Of a stretch of DNA of 53,991 nucleotides, positions 46,781 through 53,991 are shown one piece after another. Numbering within the stretch: the first letter of the stretch is position 1; every line of letters begins with the position of its first letter. The stretch is from IMG/VR virus record IMGVR_UViG_3300011189_000013, positions 1 through 53,991 of that record; one strand, written 5' to 3'. The translations under genes were made by a program, and so were the position numbers. The notes under the pieces were generated by a model that was not told the DNA's origin, made no database searches, and saw nothing but the letters and a program-made list of their open reading frames with translations. Origin of the DNA: a virus. Taxonomy: Duplodnaviria > Caudoviricetes.

Positions 46781-48191
46781 CGGAATCTTTGAAAAGGTTG
46801 CTCGCTTCTTCGTAATCTACACTTTTAGGATTGTGGTTGAGTGGAGTAGGAGGTAAACTCATTGGTCGCTTACCTCCCCGGTGGGTAGCTAAAGGATCTT
46901 CTTTCGCTGTAGAATTCACAGGTTTTTTCAGAGCAGCTTTTCCTCCGTAAAGGAATGCCTCATCTGCATACCGTTCATTCTCTTTCTCAAAGTTCCTATC
47001 TTCGGAACTTTGGTCAGCGGGTACCTCGGGAGCTTCATTTGAAGCCTGAGAGGTTTCCTGTGGCTGTTGGACTTGCTGAATGATGGTAGGACCCTGAGTG
47101 CTAACATGCACCGTGCCTGCTACCAACTGACTCTGGAGTAGTAATAACTCACACACCAGAGCATTCCGGTCCATTTTCCGGTTCGCATTCAAAATTCGAT
47201 GCGATATCGTAAGTAGTATGTCGTCCGCGTAGGTAGAGCTGATCTGATCTGCCAGATCCTTCTCCACATAACTCAGACCGATAGTAATGCCCTTAGACAG
47301 ACGGTAAGACGACATGGCCGCGTCTGCTATACCCTCATAAATTGAATCAGGGTCTGTCTGTGAAAGAGCTTCCATCAATAGCGCCATGCTTTGTTCGGGA
47401 TCATCCCGAAGGTGTAAAAGAATTTCGTACTGCTGGGAAATAACATCTAACCCAAGCTGTTGCCGCACTGAATCAGGATTTACGGGACCCACCCGACTAA
47501 CCCTCTCCAATGCATTCACCATATCTCTCAGGTGCCCCTTGCCATAATTGAAAATTAAATCCAAAGCTTCGGGGTTATATTCAATCTGCTCCTGAGCACA
47601 GATATAACGCAAACGAGACACCACATCATCCCTCGACGGCTCTTTTATACCAAAGACCATACAACGGCCTTTGATGGTTCCTCTCAGTTTCTGAGGCTCC
47701 GTAGTACAAAAAAGACATACGAGGCGTTTGTCCCTAGATCCCTTAACCGTATCTTCCATCGGTTTTAGGAGAGCATCCATCGCCTGCTTAGACAGACGAT
47801 GACACTCATCAATAAGATAGATCTTTCTGTCCCCTCCGTCAAGGGTATAATAATCTAACCCCTCGACAATTTTGCGGATATTGTCCGCCCCCGTATGGTT
47901 GGCAGCATCCATTTCCTTAAAAGCGGGGCTCTCCCCTCTATCTAAAATCTCTTTACAGGAAGAGCACTCATTGCAGGGCTCAAAGGTATGGGGATCCACA
48001 TCCTGACAAAGCATTGCACGTGCTAGAATACGTGCTGTAGTAGTTTTACCCGTACCAGAAGGTCCGGCAAAAACATAGCTCTTCTGGAAGACCTCACCGC
48101 GATTCAACAGCTCTTTTAAGATGTCTATCGTACTATCTTGCCCGATCACATCGGCAAACCTATCCGGTCTGTATTTGGTATCAAAAGCCAT
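46773..48191 (-). CDS. dnaX: DNA polymerase III gamma/tau-like clamp loader
   Basis: KYRP.RF.DVIGQ, GPSGTGKTT.ARILA, C..PCNECSSC, DAA, IDECH.L, GRC, G.LRD. Confidence 0.92.
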   Translation of the reverse strand: MAFDTKYRPDRFADVIGQDSTIDILKELLNRGEVFQKSYVFAGPSGTGKTTTARILARAMLCQDVDPHTFEPCNECSSCKEILDRGESPAFKEMDAANHTGADNIRKIVEGLDYYTLDGGDRKIYLIDECHRLSKQAMDALLKPMEDTVKGSRDKRLVCLFCTTEPQKLRGTIKGRCMVFGIKEPSRDDVVSRLRYICAQEQIEYNPEALDLIFNYGKGHLRDMVNALERVSRVGPVNPDSVRQQLGLDVISQQYEILLHLRDDPEQSMALLMEALSQTDPDSIYEGIADAAMSSYRLSKGITIGLSYVEKDLADQISSTYADDILLTISHRILNANRKMDRNALVCELLLLQSQLVAGTVHVSTQGPTIIQQVQQPQETSQASNEAPEVPADQSSEDRNFEKENERYADEAFLYGGKAALKKPVNSTAKEDPLATHRGGKRPMSLPPTPLNHNPKSVDYEEASNLFKDSDE

Positions 48192-48215
48192 ATTGCGGTG
48201 AGGTCCTTATCAGTC

Positions 48216-48728
48216 TTACGAGTTAACAGACACGTTGGTGTCTTGGCTTTCCGACGAACGTACTTCAGGCTCTTTCACCTTTGGCTTGTTCGACATATCA
48301 ATTACAGACAGCTTGTTCACTCCGGCGTCCCAGTTGGTGCCGTGACGAGATAGAATGACCGGGAAAGCTTGTACTTCCGGCTTTCGGATCTTCCATTTCA
48401 TTTCGCCATTGCTTTCGTTCTCTTCCCCGTAGCACTGTTCCAGAAGGTAATCTACCCAAGCTTCCTTCTGGTCATTACGAAGCTCCGTCCACACGTCTGC
48501 TCCGATAACAATCATGAAGTCATACCCACGATCTCCGGTATCGTTCTCTTCCATGATGGGCTGATACTTGGCCGGAATCTTGAAAGGCTTTCCTACGATG
48601 GGACGCCCATCTGAGCATGTCGCCTTCTCTTTGAAAAGCCAAGCAATCTGGGCTCCCGAAAGGTCAGGGTGATATTTCAGGTAATCATTTGCGAGTTTTT
48701 CGGGCTCATCTGCTTTCCAATAATCCAT
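48216..48728 (-). CDS. Putative phage metallopeptidase-like protein lacking HExxH
   Basis: YHPDL..A.I, YDF.I.I..D.W..L..QKEA.VD, W.IRKPEV..F..IL.RHG; ATG 48728 with GGAG RBS. Confidence 0.65.
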   Translation of the reverse strand: MDYWKADEPEKLANDYLKYHPDLSGAQIAWLFKEKATCSDGRPIVGKPFKIPAKYQPIMEENDTGDRGYDFMIVIGADVWTELRNDQKEAWVDYLLEQCYGEENESNGEMKWKIRKPEVQAFPVILSRHGTNWDAGVNKLSVIDMSNKPKVKEPEVRSSESQDTNVSVNS

Positions 48729-48825
48729 ACTTGATCTCCTAGTTTTTCGTTGTTGGTCTACTGCTTTGCCCGACACAGCGGGCTACACTATTGCTACCAT
48801 TTGATCGGCAATACGTCAAGGGCAC

Positions 48826-49527
48826 TTAAAATAGAACGTGAGAGCTGATACTTCGTTGAAATCTCTTCTCTCCCATCGCCGACCACATATCGGATACGTC
48901 TTTCCCACGGACCTCTATACGTTGCACTGACTTAAATTCGGACCCGTAATCCCTCTCAAATCTCTTCCAGAATTGATTACCTCCCCAGTCAGAATCAAAT
49001 ACCACATAGACATGATCCACAAAGCGACAGAGAAATTCGATCTGACGCTTACTAACATTAGCAGTTCCTGTGCAAACGGTATTTGGGAATGCCCGCTGCA
49101 AAGGGAAATAATCGAAAAGACCTTCGCAAAGGTATACCTCTCGTCTCTCCCAGATAGTAGGCATCGCTGGCCGTATCCCGAAGAATATAGCATCGACCTT
49201 AGACCGGGACAAATAGAACTTCGAGTAATCTTTCTGGGCAGGGTCCGGGGACCTAATCTGAATCCCCCGTAACAAGCCCAAAGGGTTTCGCATAGGGAAG
49301 ACCAGTTTCCCTCGTAACCGGTACCCTTTAGATGACCATTCCAAATAACTCAGAAGGTCCTCACTTTCCCCGGACATATAAGGAGGCCAAATCCCATCGG
49401 GAAAATAGCCAATACCAATATCACGTACCTGAGCGTCCGAAACTCCCCGACTCCTCAAATAATTATGAGCCTTCGGGTTCTGGACGTTCTTCTGTGCTGC
49501 TTTCAGTATCTGATCCAGAATCGTCAT
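48826..49527 (-). CDS. DnaG-type primase core (TOPRIM) without zinc-binding domain
   Basis: YLRSRG, IGY, LVFPMRN..G, CEGLFD, VFDSD, GKD. Confidence 0.85.
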   Translation of the reverse strand: MTILDQILKAAQKNVQNPKAHNYLRSRGVSDAQVRDIGIGYFPDGIWPPYMSGESEDLLSYLEWSSKGYRLRGKLVFPMRNPLGLLRGIQIRSPDPAQKDYSKFYLSRSKVDAIFFGIRPAMPTIWERREVYLCEGLFDYFPLQRAFPNTVCTGTANVSKRQIEFLCRFVDHVYVVFDSDWGGNQFWKRFERDYGSEFKSVQRIEVRGKDVSDMWSAMGEKRFQRSISSHVLF

Positions 49528-50197
49528 TCGTAAGTCCTACTCGTAGTATAATTACACTTCGCTCAGCGTTGTGTACCAAAATGCTAACATAATCTCCAAC
49601 CCGAGTCATGACCCCAACCTCTTTAGGATCCGCAGAAAATATAAGGTTGGACCCAAGATGTGGATTGTAAAACACGGGAACATCATCACCCACGCGACCT
49701 ATATGCAGGTACTCTGACATCCAGCCCAATAAGTGCGCTTCTGTGATAGCACTAGGATCTTCCACCTCTTCTGGGAGTTTAATAAAGTCCCCAGTAACCA
49801 GTGCAGCAAAACCCACAAGACCCACAAAGCATTGATGGCATTGGTTGTCATAGGCATTAAAATAAGACCAGACACCCGTTAAGACCTCATCGGTTACTGG
49901 AAATACCTCAGAGGAATTCCCCCACTCCCCCTTAGCACTCTCCTCAAACAAATAGGAGATGAGGGTTGCAAAAGCACCGTCCTCCTCTTCAACGTCTAAA
50001 TTGAAGAATCCGGATCTAGTAGGCCGCTGTGGCCGCACCCTAACCGTATGATACTCTCCAGTACGTAAACTGATACAGGAAGTCTCGAAACTCTCAGGAA
50101 CCGGGTAGGTTATCATAACCGGGGTTTTAAGACCCCCTTTTTCGGCTATATGACGTCGTTTACGGTCAACGTGTAGAAATTTGGTGAGGGACGACAT
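49463..50197 (-). CDS. Hypothetical protein; C-terminus resembles HK97 capsid fold
   Basis: VPVFYNPHL..LIFSADPKEVG..ILVHNAERSVIILRV; start likely ATG 50197. Confidence 0.45.
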   Translation of the reverse strand: MSSLTKFLHVDRKRRHIAEKGGLKTPVMITYPVPESFETSCISLRTGEYHTVRVRPQRPTRSGFFNLDVEEEDGAFATLISYLFEESAKGEWGNSSEVFPVTDEVLTGVWSYFNAYDNQCHQCFVGLVGFAALVTGDFIKLPEEVEDPSAITEAHLLGWMSEYLHIGRVGDDVPVFYNPHLGSNLIFSADPKEVGVMTRVGDYVSILVHNAERSVIILRVGLTNDDSGSDTESSTEERPEPEGS

Positions 50198-50198
50198 A

Positions 50199-50615
50199 TC
50201 AACTCCTAACAAACCATAATTTGATTTTTTGCCACCACGTCAATGTAGTAGTAGCTACCTCGGAGTCTTCCTCCAAAGTCCATAACAGCATCGCAATATC
50301 CCTGTACTCATTATAGAGCACGTCAGGGTCTTGAAGAAGCTCATCAAAGTCTTCTTTGAGCTGCGACTTGTCATATCGGTTTTTATAAAATGGGCAGGTA
50401 CGAACGTTCTCCACGGTGTCGCAGATATTGCCGGGCCAATTTTCAGGATCATCGGACCCTAGCATACATAACTGGGCTGACCCCTCTGCCGTCTCGTGCC
50501 TGTGATTGTGGACACAGTTACAAGGTCGAGGCTGGAGATACCGGCGCAGGTAGCGATACCTAGCCTCTCCTAATTTTTTCCTTACCTCAGATTCATCCTT
50601 CATACCATATCCCAA
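50199..50615 (-). CDS. Cys-rich hypothetical protein with amphipathic C-terminus
   Basis: PCNCVHN..C..C..CPFY; WWQKIKLWF. Confidence 0.6.
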   Translation of the reverse strand: MGYGMKDESEVRKKLGEARYRYLRRYLQPRPCNCVHNHRHETAEGSAQLCMLGSDDPENWPGNICDTVENVRTCPFYKNRYDKSQLKEDFDELLQDPDVLYNEYRDIAMLLWTLEEDSEVATTTLTWWQKIKLWFVRS

Positions 50616-51245
50616 TCATCTTATCTTTTTAAGTTGTAGCCGCTCGTTAACGTCGGTAGATCCCATATAGGCATTATCACATTGGTCCACAAAAGCCGCA
50701 TTATGTGTAACCAGCAATATGTTCACACCAAGCTCCGAACACAGCTTTCTAAGGAAATCCCCACAGGGCTCTACATATTCCTCTGACAGGGAAGCCAGTG
50801 ACTCGTCCAGAATAAGGTAGCGGGCCATGTCTGCTTTGAGTACCACTAATACCCGCATGAGAAGGCTCACAACGGACGCTACACCCCCTCCAAAAGCTTC
50901 TAGGGGGTTTGCCCGTACACCATTCTCTTCTACGACAAAGTTAACGGAAACTTTACCCCGCTTCTGCTCCACTTCGATATCGAAACGAACATCTTGGTCG
51001 TGGTAAATACTTTGAAGACCTTCTGTGATGATCTGACTAAAAGACTCCGCGTACTCATACACGTACTTGTTGAGAAGATGTTTGAACAAAGCGGAGACTT
51101 TCTCCAATAAAACGTCTTCGTGGTGCAACTCCTCAATTTTGGTCTGTAGATTAACCTCTTGCTCTTGTAGCATAGTGTGAGCGGTTTCTACCCTACGAGC
51201 CTTCTCAATGAGATCTTCAAATCTTTGTGAAGTTTCAGGGGTCAT
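50616..51245 (-). CDS. SbcC/Rad50/SMC-like ATPase, C-terminal half only
   Basis: Coiled coil, signature FGGG, Walker B LILDE, D-loop SLS, H-loop LVTH; no Walker A; TAATG-coupled start at 51245. Confidence 0.82.
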   Translation of the reverse strand: MTPETSQRFEDLIEKARRVETAHTMLQEQEVNLQTKIEELHHEDVLLEKVSALFKHLLNKYVYEYAESFSQIITEGLQSIYHDQDVRFDIEVEQKRGKVSVNFVVEENGVRANPLEAFGGGVASVVSLLMRVLVVLKADMARYLILDESLASLSEEYVEPCGDFLRKLCSELGVNILLVTHNAAFVDQCDNAYMGSTDVNERLQLKKIR

Positions 51246-52477
51246 TATCTCATCCGTAGGATTACAAGACAAACTCGAACGTCATTTTGCTCGGTAACCT
51301 CATGGTATTTGACGTATTTGACGCTAGCACCATCATGTGCGCTAACCCCAACGCTAATCTCATCTCCATCATACAGAGATAGAGGGCTCACTAGAAGGTC
51401 CCGATTGACAATAAAAGACAGCTCCTCCTGAGCTACCTTCTCCCTAAAAACGGGAATCTTATAGGTGGACTCGTTACGATCTAAGGCGTCTTTCATGCTC
51501 AGCTCTAGCACACCATCCTCACCCTCGGCACCCGTCACTTTGACAGTTAGTGCCATATCCTCGGGGTCTGCGGTAGCCGCAAGAGCCGACACAGCATCAC
51601 TAAGGTTAGCCTTATTGACTTTCCAAATTTCAGGTTCTTCCAGTGCTTTAGGAAGACCACCGATCTTGGGCAAGTTGTAAATGGATGACGTGTACCCAAA
51701 AGCGGCACCGTCGTCAGACTCTACAAGAATCATATCGTTTTTGGAAACGGTGAACTCGCTGGTACACGTCTTGTTGAGGAATTTAATGAGACTTTTGATC
51801 TCGTCACGACCGACCTTGAACGTCAACTTCTGACGCTTTTTGATATCGGCGGGTTGGTCCCCCAAAGACTCCAGCATCTCCGCATAAGCGTCCAATGAAT
51901 CCGACCCCTCTTCTGTAGGGGCCACCACAAAGAGAGAAACAGATAATGAATCGGTAGCCACCATCTCTCTTCCACGCAATTCTGTGACCTGCATATTGTT
52001 GGCAGTTTTGTTGTTTGTCGTACACTCCCCAATGAAAGGAGCGACAAAACTCAGGGCGTTAGAGAACGTGGTCGGGTTCCCCGTAAAAAGCTTCGTAGGG
52101 GAATCTAACTGTCGCTGAAAATCGGGAAACTCTGCGGGATCCCTTGAAGCAAAATGCCCCTTAGCTTTTCCACAGTGCATTGTGATGGTCTGATCTTCTA
52201 CCTCCACATCAATAACGTCCTCTTTGACGTTTTTAATCCACTCCTGTAGACGCCCTGCCTCTACGGTAAATTTACCCTGACCTTGTAGAGTATCGGCAAC
52301 CAACGTCGTAGGGACCTTAGTCATCATCTTCCGGTCTGTTGACCATAAGACCAACTCATCCTCACTCCGAACATCGAAGAGAAAAGTTGATCGAATATCC
52401 TGCTCTTTTTTATCCACTGCCAAAATGGCTACGTCCATTGCGCTTTTGAGTAGATCTTTCTGAATGCTAAATCGCAT
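51245..52477 (-). CDS. dnaN: DNA polymerase III beta sliding clamp-like protein
   Basis: MRFSIQKD.L, STD, G.F.V, EFP, MVATDS, three-domain length. Confidence 0.8.
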   Translation of the reverse strand: MRFSIQKDLLKSAMDVAILAVDKKEQDIRSTFLFDVRSEDELVLWSTDRKMMTKVPTTLVADTLQGQGKFTVEAGRLQEWIKNVKEDVIDVEVEDQTITMHCGKAKGHFASRDPAEFPDFQRQLDSPTKLFTGNPTTFSNALSFVAPFIGECTTNNKTANNMQVTELRGREMVATDSLSVSLFVVAPTEEGSDSLDAYAEMLESLGDQPADIKKRQKLTFKVGRDEIKSLIKFLNKTCTSEFTVSKNDMILVESDDGAAFGYTSSIYNLPKIGGLPKALEEPEIWKVNKANLSDAVSALAATADPEDMALTVKVTGAEGEDGVLELSMKDALDRNESTYKIPVFREKVAQEELSFIVNRDLLVSPLSLYDGDEISVGVSAHDGASVKYVKYHEVTEQNDVRVCLVILRMR

Positions 52478-52516
52478 AGTATGTCCTGTGTTCGTGTAGG
52501 CCGGGGCCTAATTATT

Positions 52517-52783
52517 TCAATCGTACTGGGCCAATTTCTCTTCCGCCTCATCTAGAGCGGCTTCCAGTAACGCTATCTTACCATTTAGCTCTTTTCTTTT
52601 CTGAGGTAGGAGTTCAGGGATCTCTTTTAACTCATACCCCTTCTCAGTTGCCTCCTCTTTCAAGGCTTTAAGCTCCTCTTGTGCGCTCTTCAAACGAGCT
52701 ACCTTCTCTGCCTTTTTGTTTACGACCTGTTCCCGGCGAGATTTAATGGTCTTTATACGGGTTTCAAAATCTTCAGTACTCAT
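52517..52783 (-). CDS. Small coiled-coil protein
   Basis: Heptad-rich ORF with GGAGG RBS. Confidence 0.7.
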   Translation of the reverse strand: MSTEDFETRIKTIKSRREQVVNKKAEKVARLKSAQEELKALKEEATEKGYELKEIPELLPQKRKELNGKIALLEAALDEAEEKLAQYD

Positions 52784-52798
52784 GGTAAACCTCCTGTA

Positions 52799-53731
52799 TT
52801 ATTCTTCGTCGTCAAGCTGCTCAAAATGGCCTCCAAAGCCTATCATAGCAGATCCTGTGTTAGATTGCGAGAGTGAAGGTAAAACCTCCTCTCCCCTCTC
52901 TACACGCTTCCACCTCCGCTTCTCCCGGCGAATAGCTTTTTCCTTTTGCCGCTCCTCACATACAGTCTCCCACGGGCAGTACTTACATGCCTGTGAACTT
53001 GGTGTAGCTTTGAACCTCATTTTCTGTATGTTGGTAAACGCCTCTACCAAATCCTGTCGTAACTCTTCTATTTTTTGGAGATCAGGCTTGCTCCAATCAA
53101 ATGCCTTTTCGGAATCTTCGGCAAAACGATAATAATAGAATCCCAAACGATGAGGTAACTTACCGTGAATGAGCTTAAAAGCCAAGGCGTAAAACAGAAG
53201 CTGTCTTTCGTCAACATACTTCTCCCGGTGCTTAGAAGACTTACCATCTAGGAGAAGTAACTCGCCACTCTCGCGCCGGATGATAAAGTCTGCAAGACCA
53301 AAGAGGAAATAGCTACCCTGCAAATGAGCACGGAGCTTTACCTCTGATCGAGCGTAAGGACCAAGCAACTTTTCCCTTTTGATCCCTTCCAAGATCTGCG
53401 GCACAATTTCCTGACAAGTATTAAGAAGATCTAGCGGGGTAACTCGACAGGATATATGATCGAAATCTACATGTTCCTTGTCTAGAAACTCATAGAAATA
53501 CTTAGGAGTAAGCTCCATCAGCTTATCCGAAGTACGACTACCCAGTCTCCACAGCTCGTCATTATAAAAATCTTCGTAGACTCGCTGCACTACAGACCCG
53601 ACCACAGCATTATGCTTAGAGTCGGGCTCCGGGGGATCCGCCTTATCTACCTTCTTCAAGCGGTATTTTTTGGGACACTCTTGGTAGGTAGCAAAACCCG
53701 ACCACGATAACCAGTACTGCCGTTTCTTCAT
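52799..53731 (-). CDS. PD-(D/E)XK RecB/AddB/Cas4-like exonuclease with probable Fe-S cluster
   Basis: SWS...Y.ECP, G.ADF, LLDGKS, QL.FY, CKYCPW..VC. Confidence 0.88.
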   Translation of the reverse strand: MKKRQYWLSWSGFATYQECPKKYRLKKVDKADPPEPDSKHNAVVGSVVQRVYEDFYNDELWRLGSRTSDKLMELTPKYFYEFLDKEHVDFDHISCRVTPLDLLNTCQEIVPQILEGIKREKLLGPYARSEVKLRAHLQGSYFLFGLADFIIRRESGELLLLDGKSSKHREKYVDERQLLFYALAFKLIHGKLPHRLGFYYYRFAEDSEKAFDWSKPDLQKIEELRQDLVEAFTNIQKMRFKATPSSQACKYCPWETVCEERQKEKAIRREKRRWKRVERGEEVLPSLSQSNTGSAMIGFGGHFEQLDDEE

Positions 53732-53734
53732 ACT

Positions 53735-53991
53735 CTATCCTGACGCTGCTTTTTCAAGGTAATGCAACGCCCGACTCTTTACCTCGTGATCGAATTCATC
53801 CAAACCTTCTATAGCAGCTTGGATGTTATCTTCTTCGTTCACGGACGCAGACCTAGAAAGGGTCTCTATGAATTGATCAATATCTTTACGCTCTTGCTTT
53901 AAACGATCATGCTTTTCAAGATCGAAAACCTCAGAAGCAGGCTGTACCTCGATCTCGATTGCCTCTGTGTGAATGATTACACCATCCTCAC
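53735..53991 (-). CDS. Partial gene (3' end), possibly an SbcD/Mre11-like nuclease
   Basis: Open frame ...IEVQPASEVFDLEKH...KSRALHYLEKAASG*; assignment from context only. Confidence 0.4.
   Translation of the reverse strand, partial: EDGVIIHTEAIEIEVQPASEVFDLEKHDRLKQERKDIDQFIETLSRSASVNEEDNIQAAIEGLDEFDHEVKSRALHYLEKAASG

Noticed and set aside
267-53132. Numerous plus-strand ORFs in the six-frame track
   Set aside because: They are antisense shadows of well-supported minus-strand genes, without RBS or motifs; only 24288-24719 and 24757-25050 are supported
52799-53731. Cas4-like nuclease as evidence of a CRISPR system
   Set aside because: No repeat-spacer array or other cas genes seen; the context is recombination and replication
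1-53991. Stop-codon reassignment as in some large phages
   Set aside because: Genes are full length and densely packed in code 11, and TAA, TAG and TGA all terminate genes

Overview
This window is a 54-kb segment of a large tailed bacteriophage, probably a jumbo myovirus, read in the standard genetic code, with almost all genes on the minus strand. In transcription order (right to left) it carries four modules. (1) Replication, recombination and transcription: Cas4/RecB-like nuclease, beta clamp, C-terminal half of an SbcC/Rad50 ATPase, TOPRIM primase, DnaX-like clamp loader, NusG, 5'-3' exonuclease and a tandem sigma-region-4 HTH protein. (2) Head morphogenesis: terminase, portal, prohead protease, acidic scaffold, decoration protein and an HK97-type major capsid protein. 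(3) Many small hypothetical genes, neck proteins, a CCA-adding-like nucleotidyltransferase and an HTH-fused actin-like ATPase. (4) A tail terminator and a 1411-aa tail sheath. The most striking unexplained structure is a peptide code shared by unrelated proteins. About 7 proteins carry an L-x-x-L-[GA]-x4-5-L-x-x-H-[LI]-x-P-[IV]-L helix and about 10 carry an [RK]-V-A-x-x-Y helix. These are often followed by [KR]-x-A sites that also occur repeatedly in the scaffold and protease, consistent with a capsid-targeting and protease-release system for packaged cargo. Also seen: a recurring 17-nt putative late promoter, Walker-A-degenerate terminase-like paralogs, capsid-protein paralogs, and one plus-strand island with a near-consensus sigma70 promoter. 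All calls come from motif recognition by eye; no database searches were run. No tRNA, rRNA or CRISPR array was seen.
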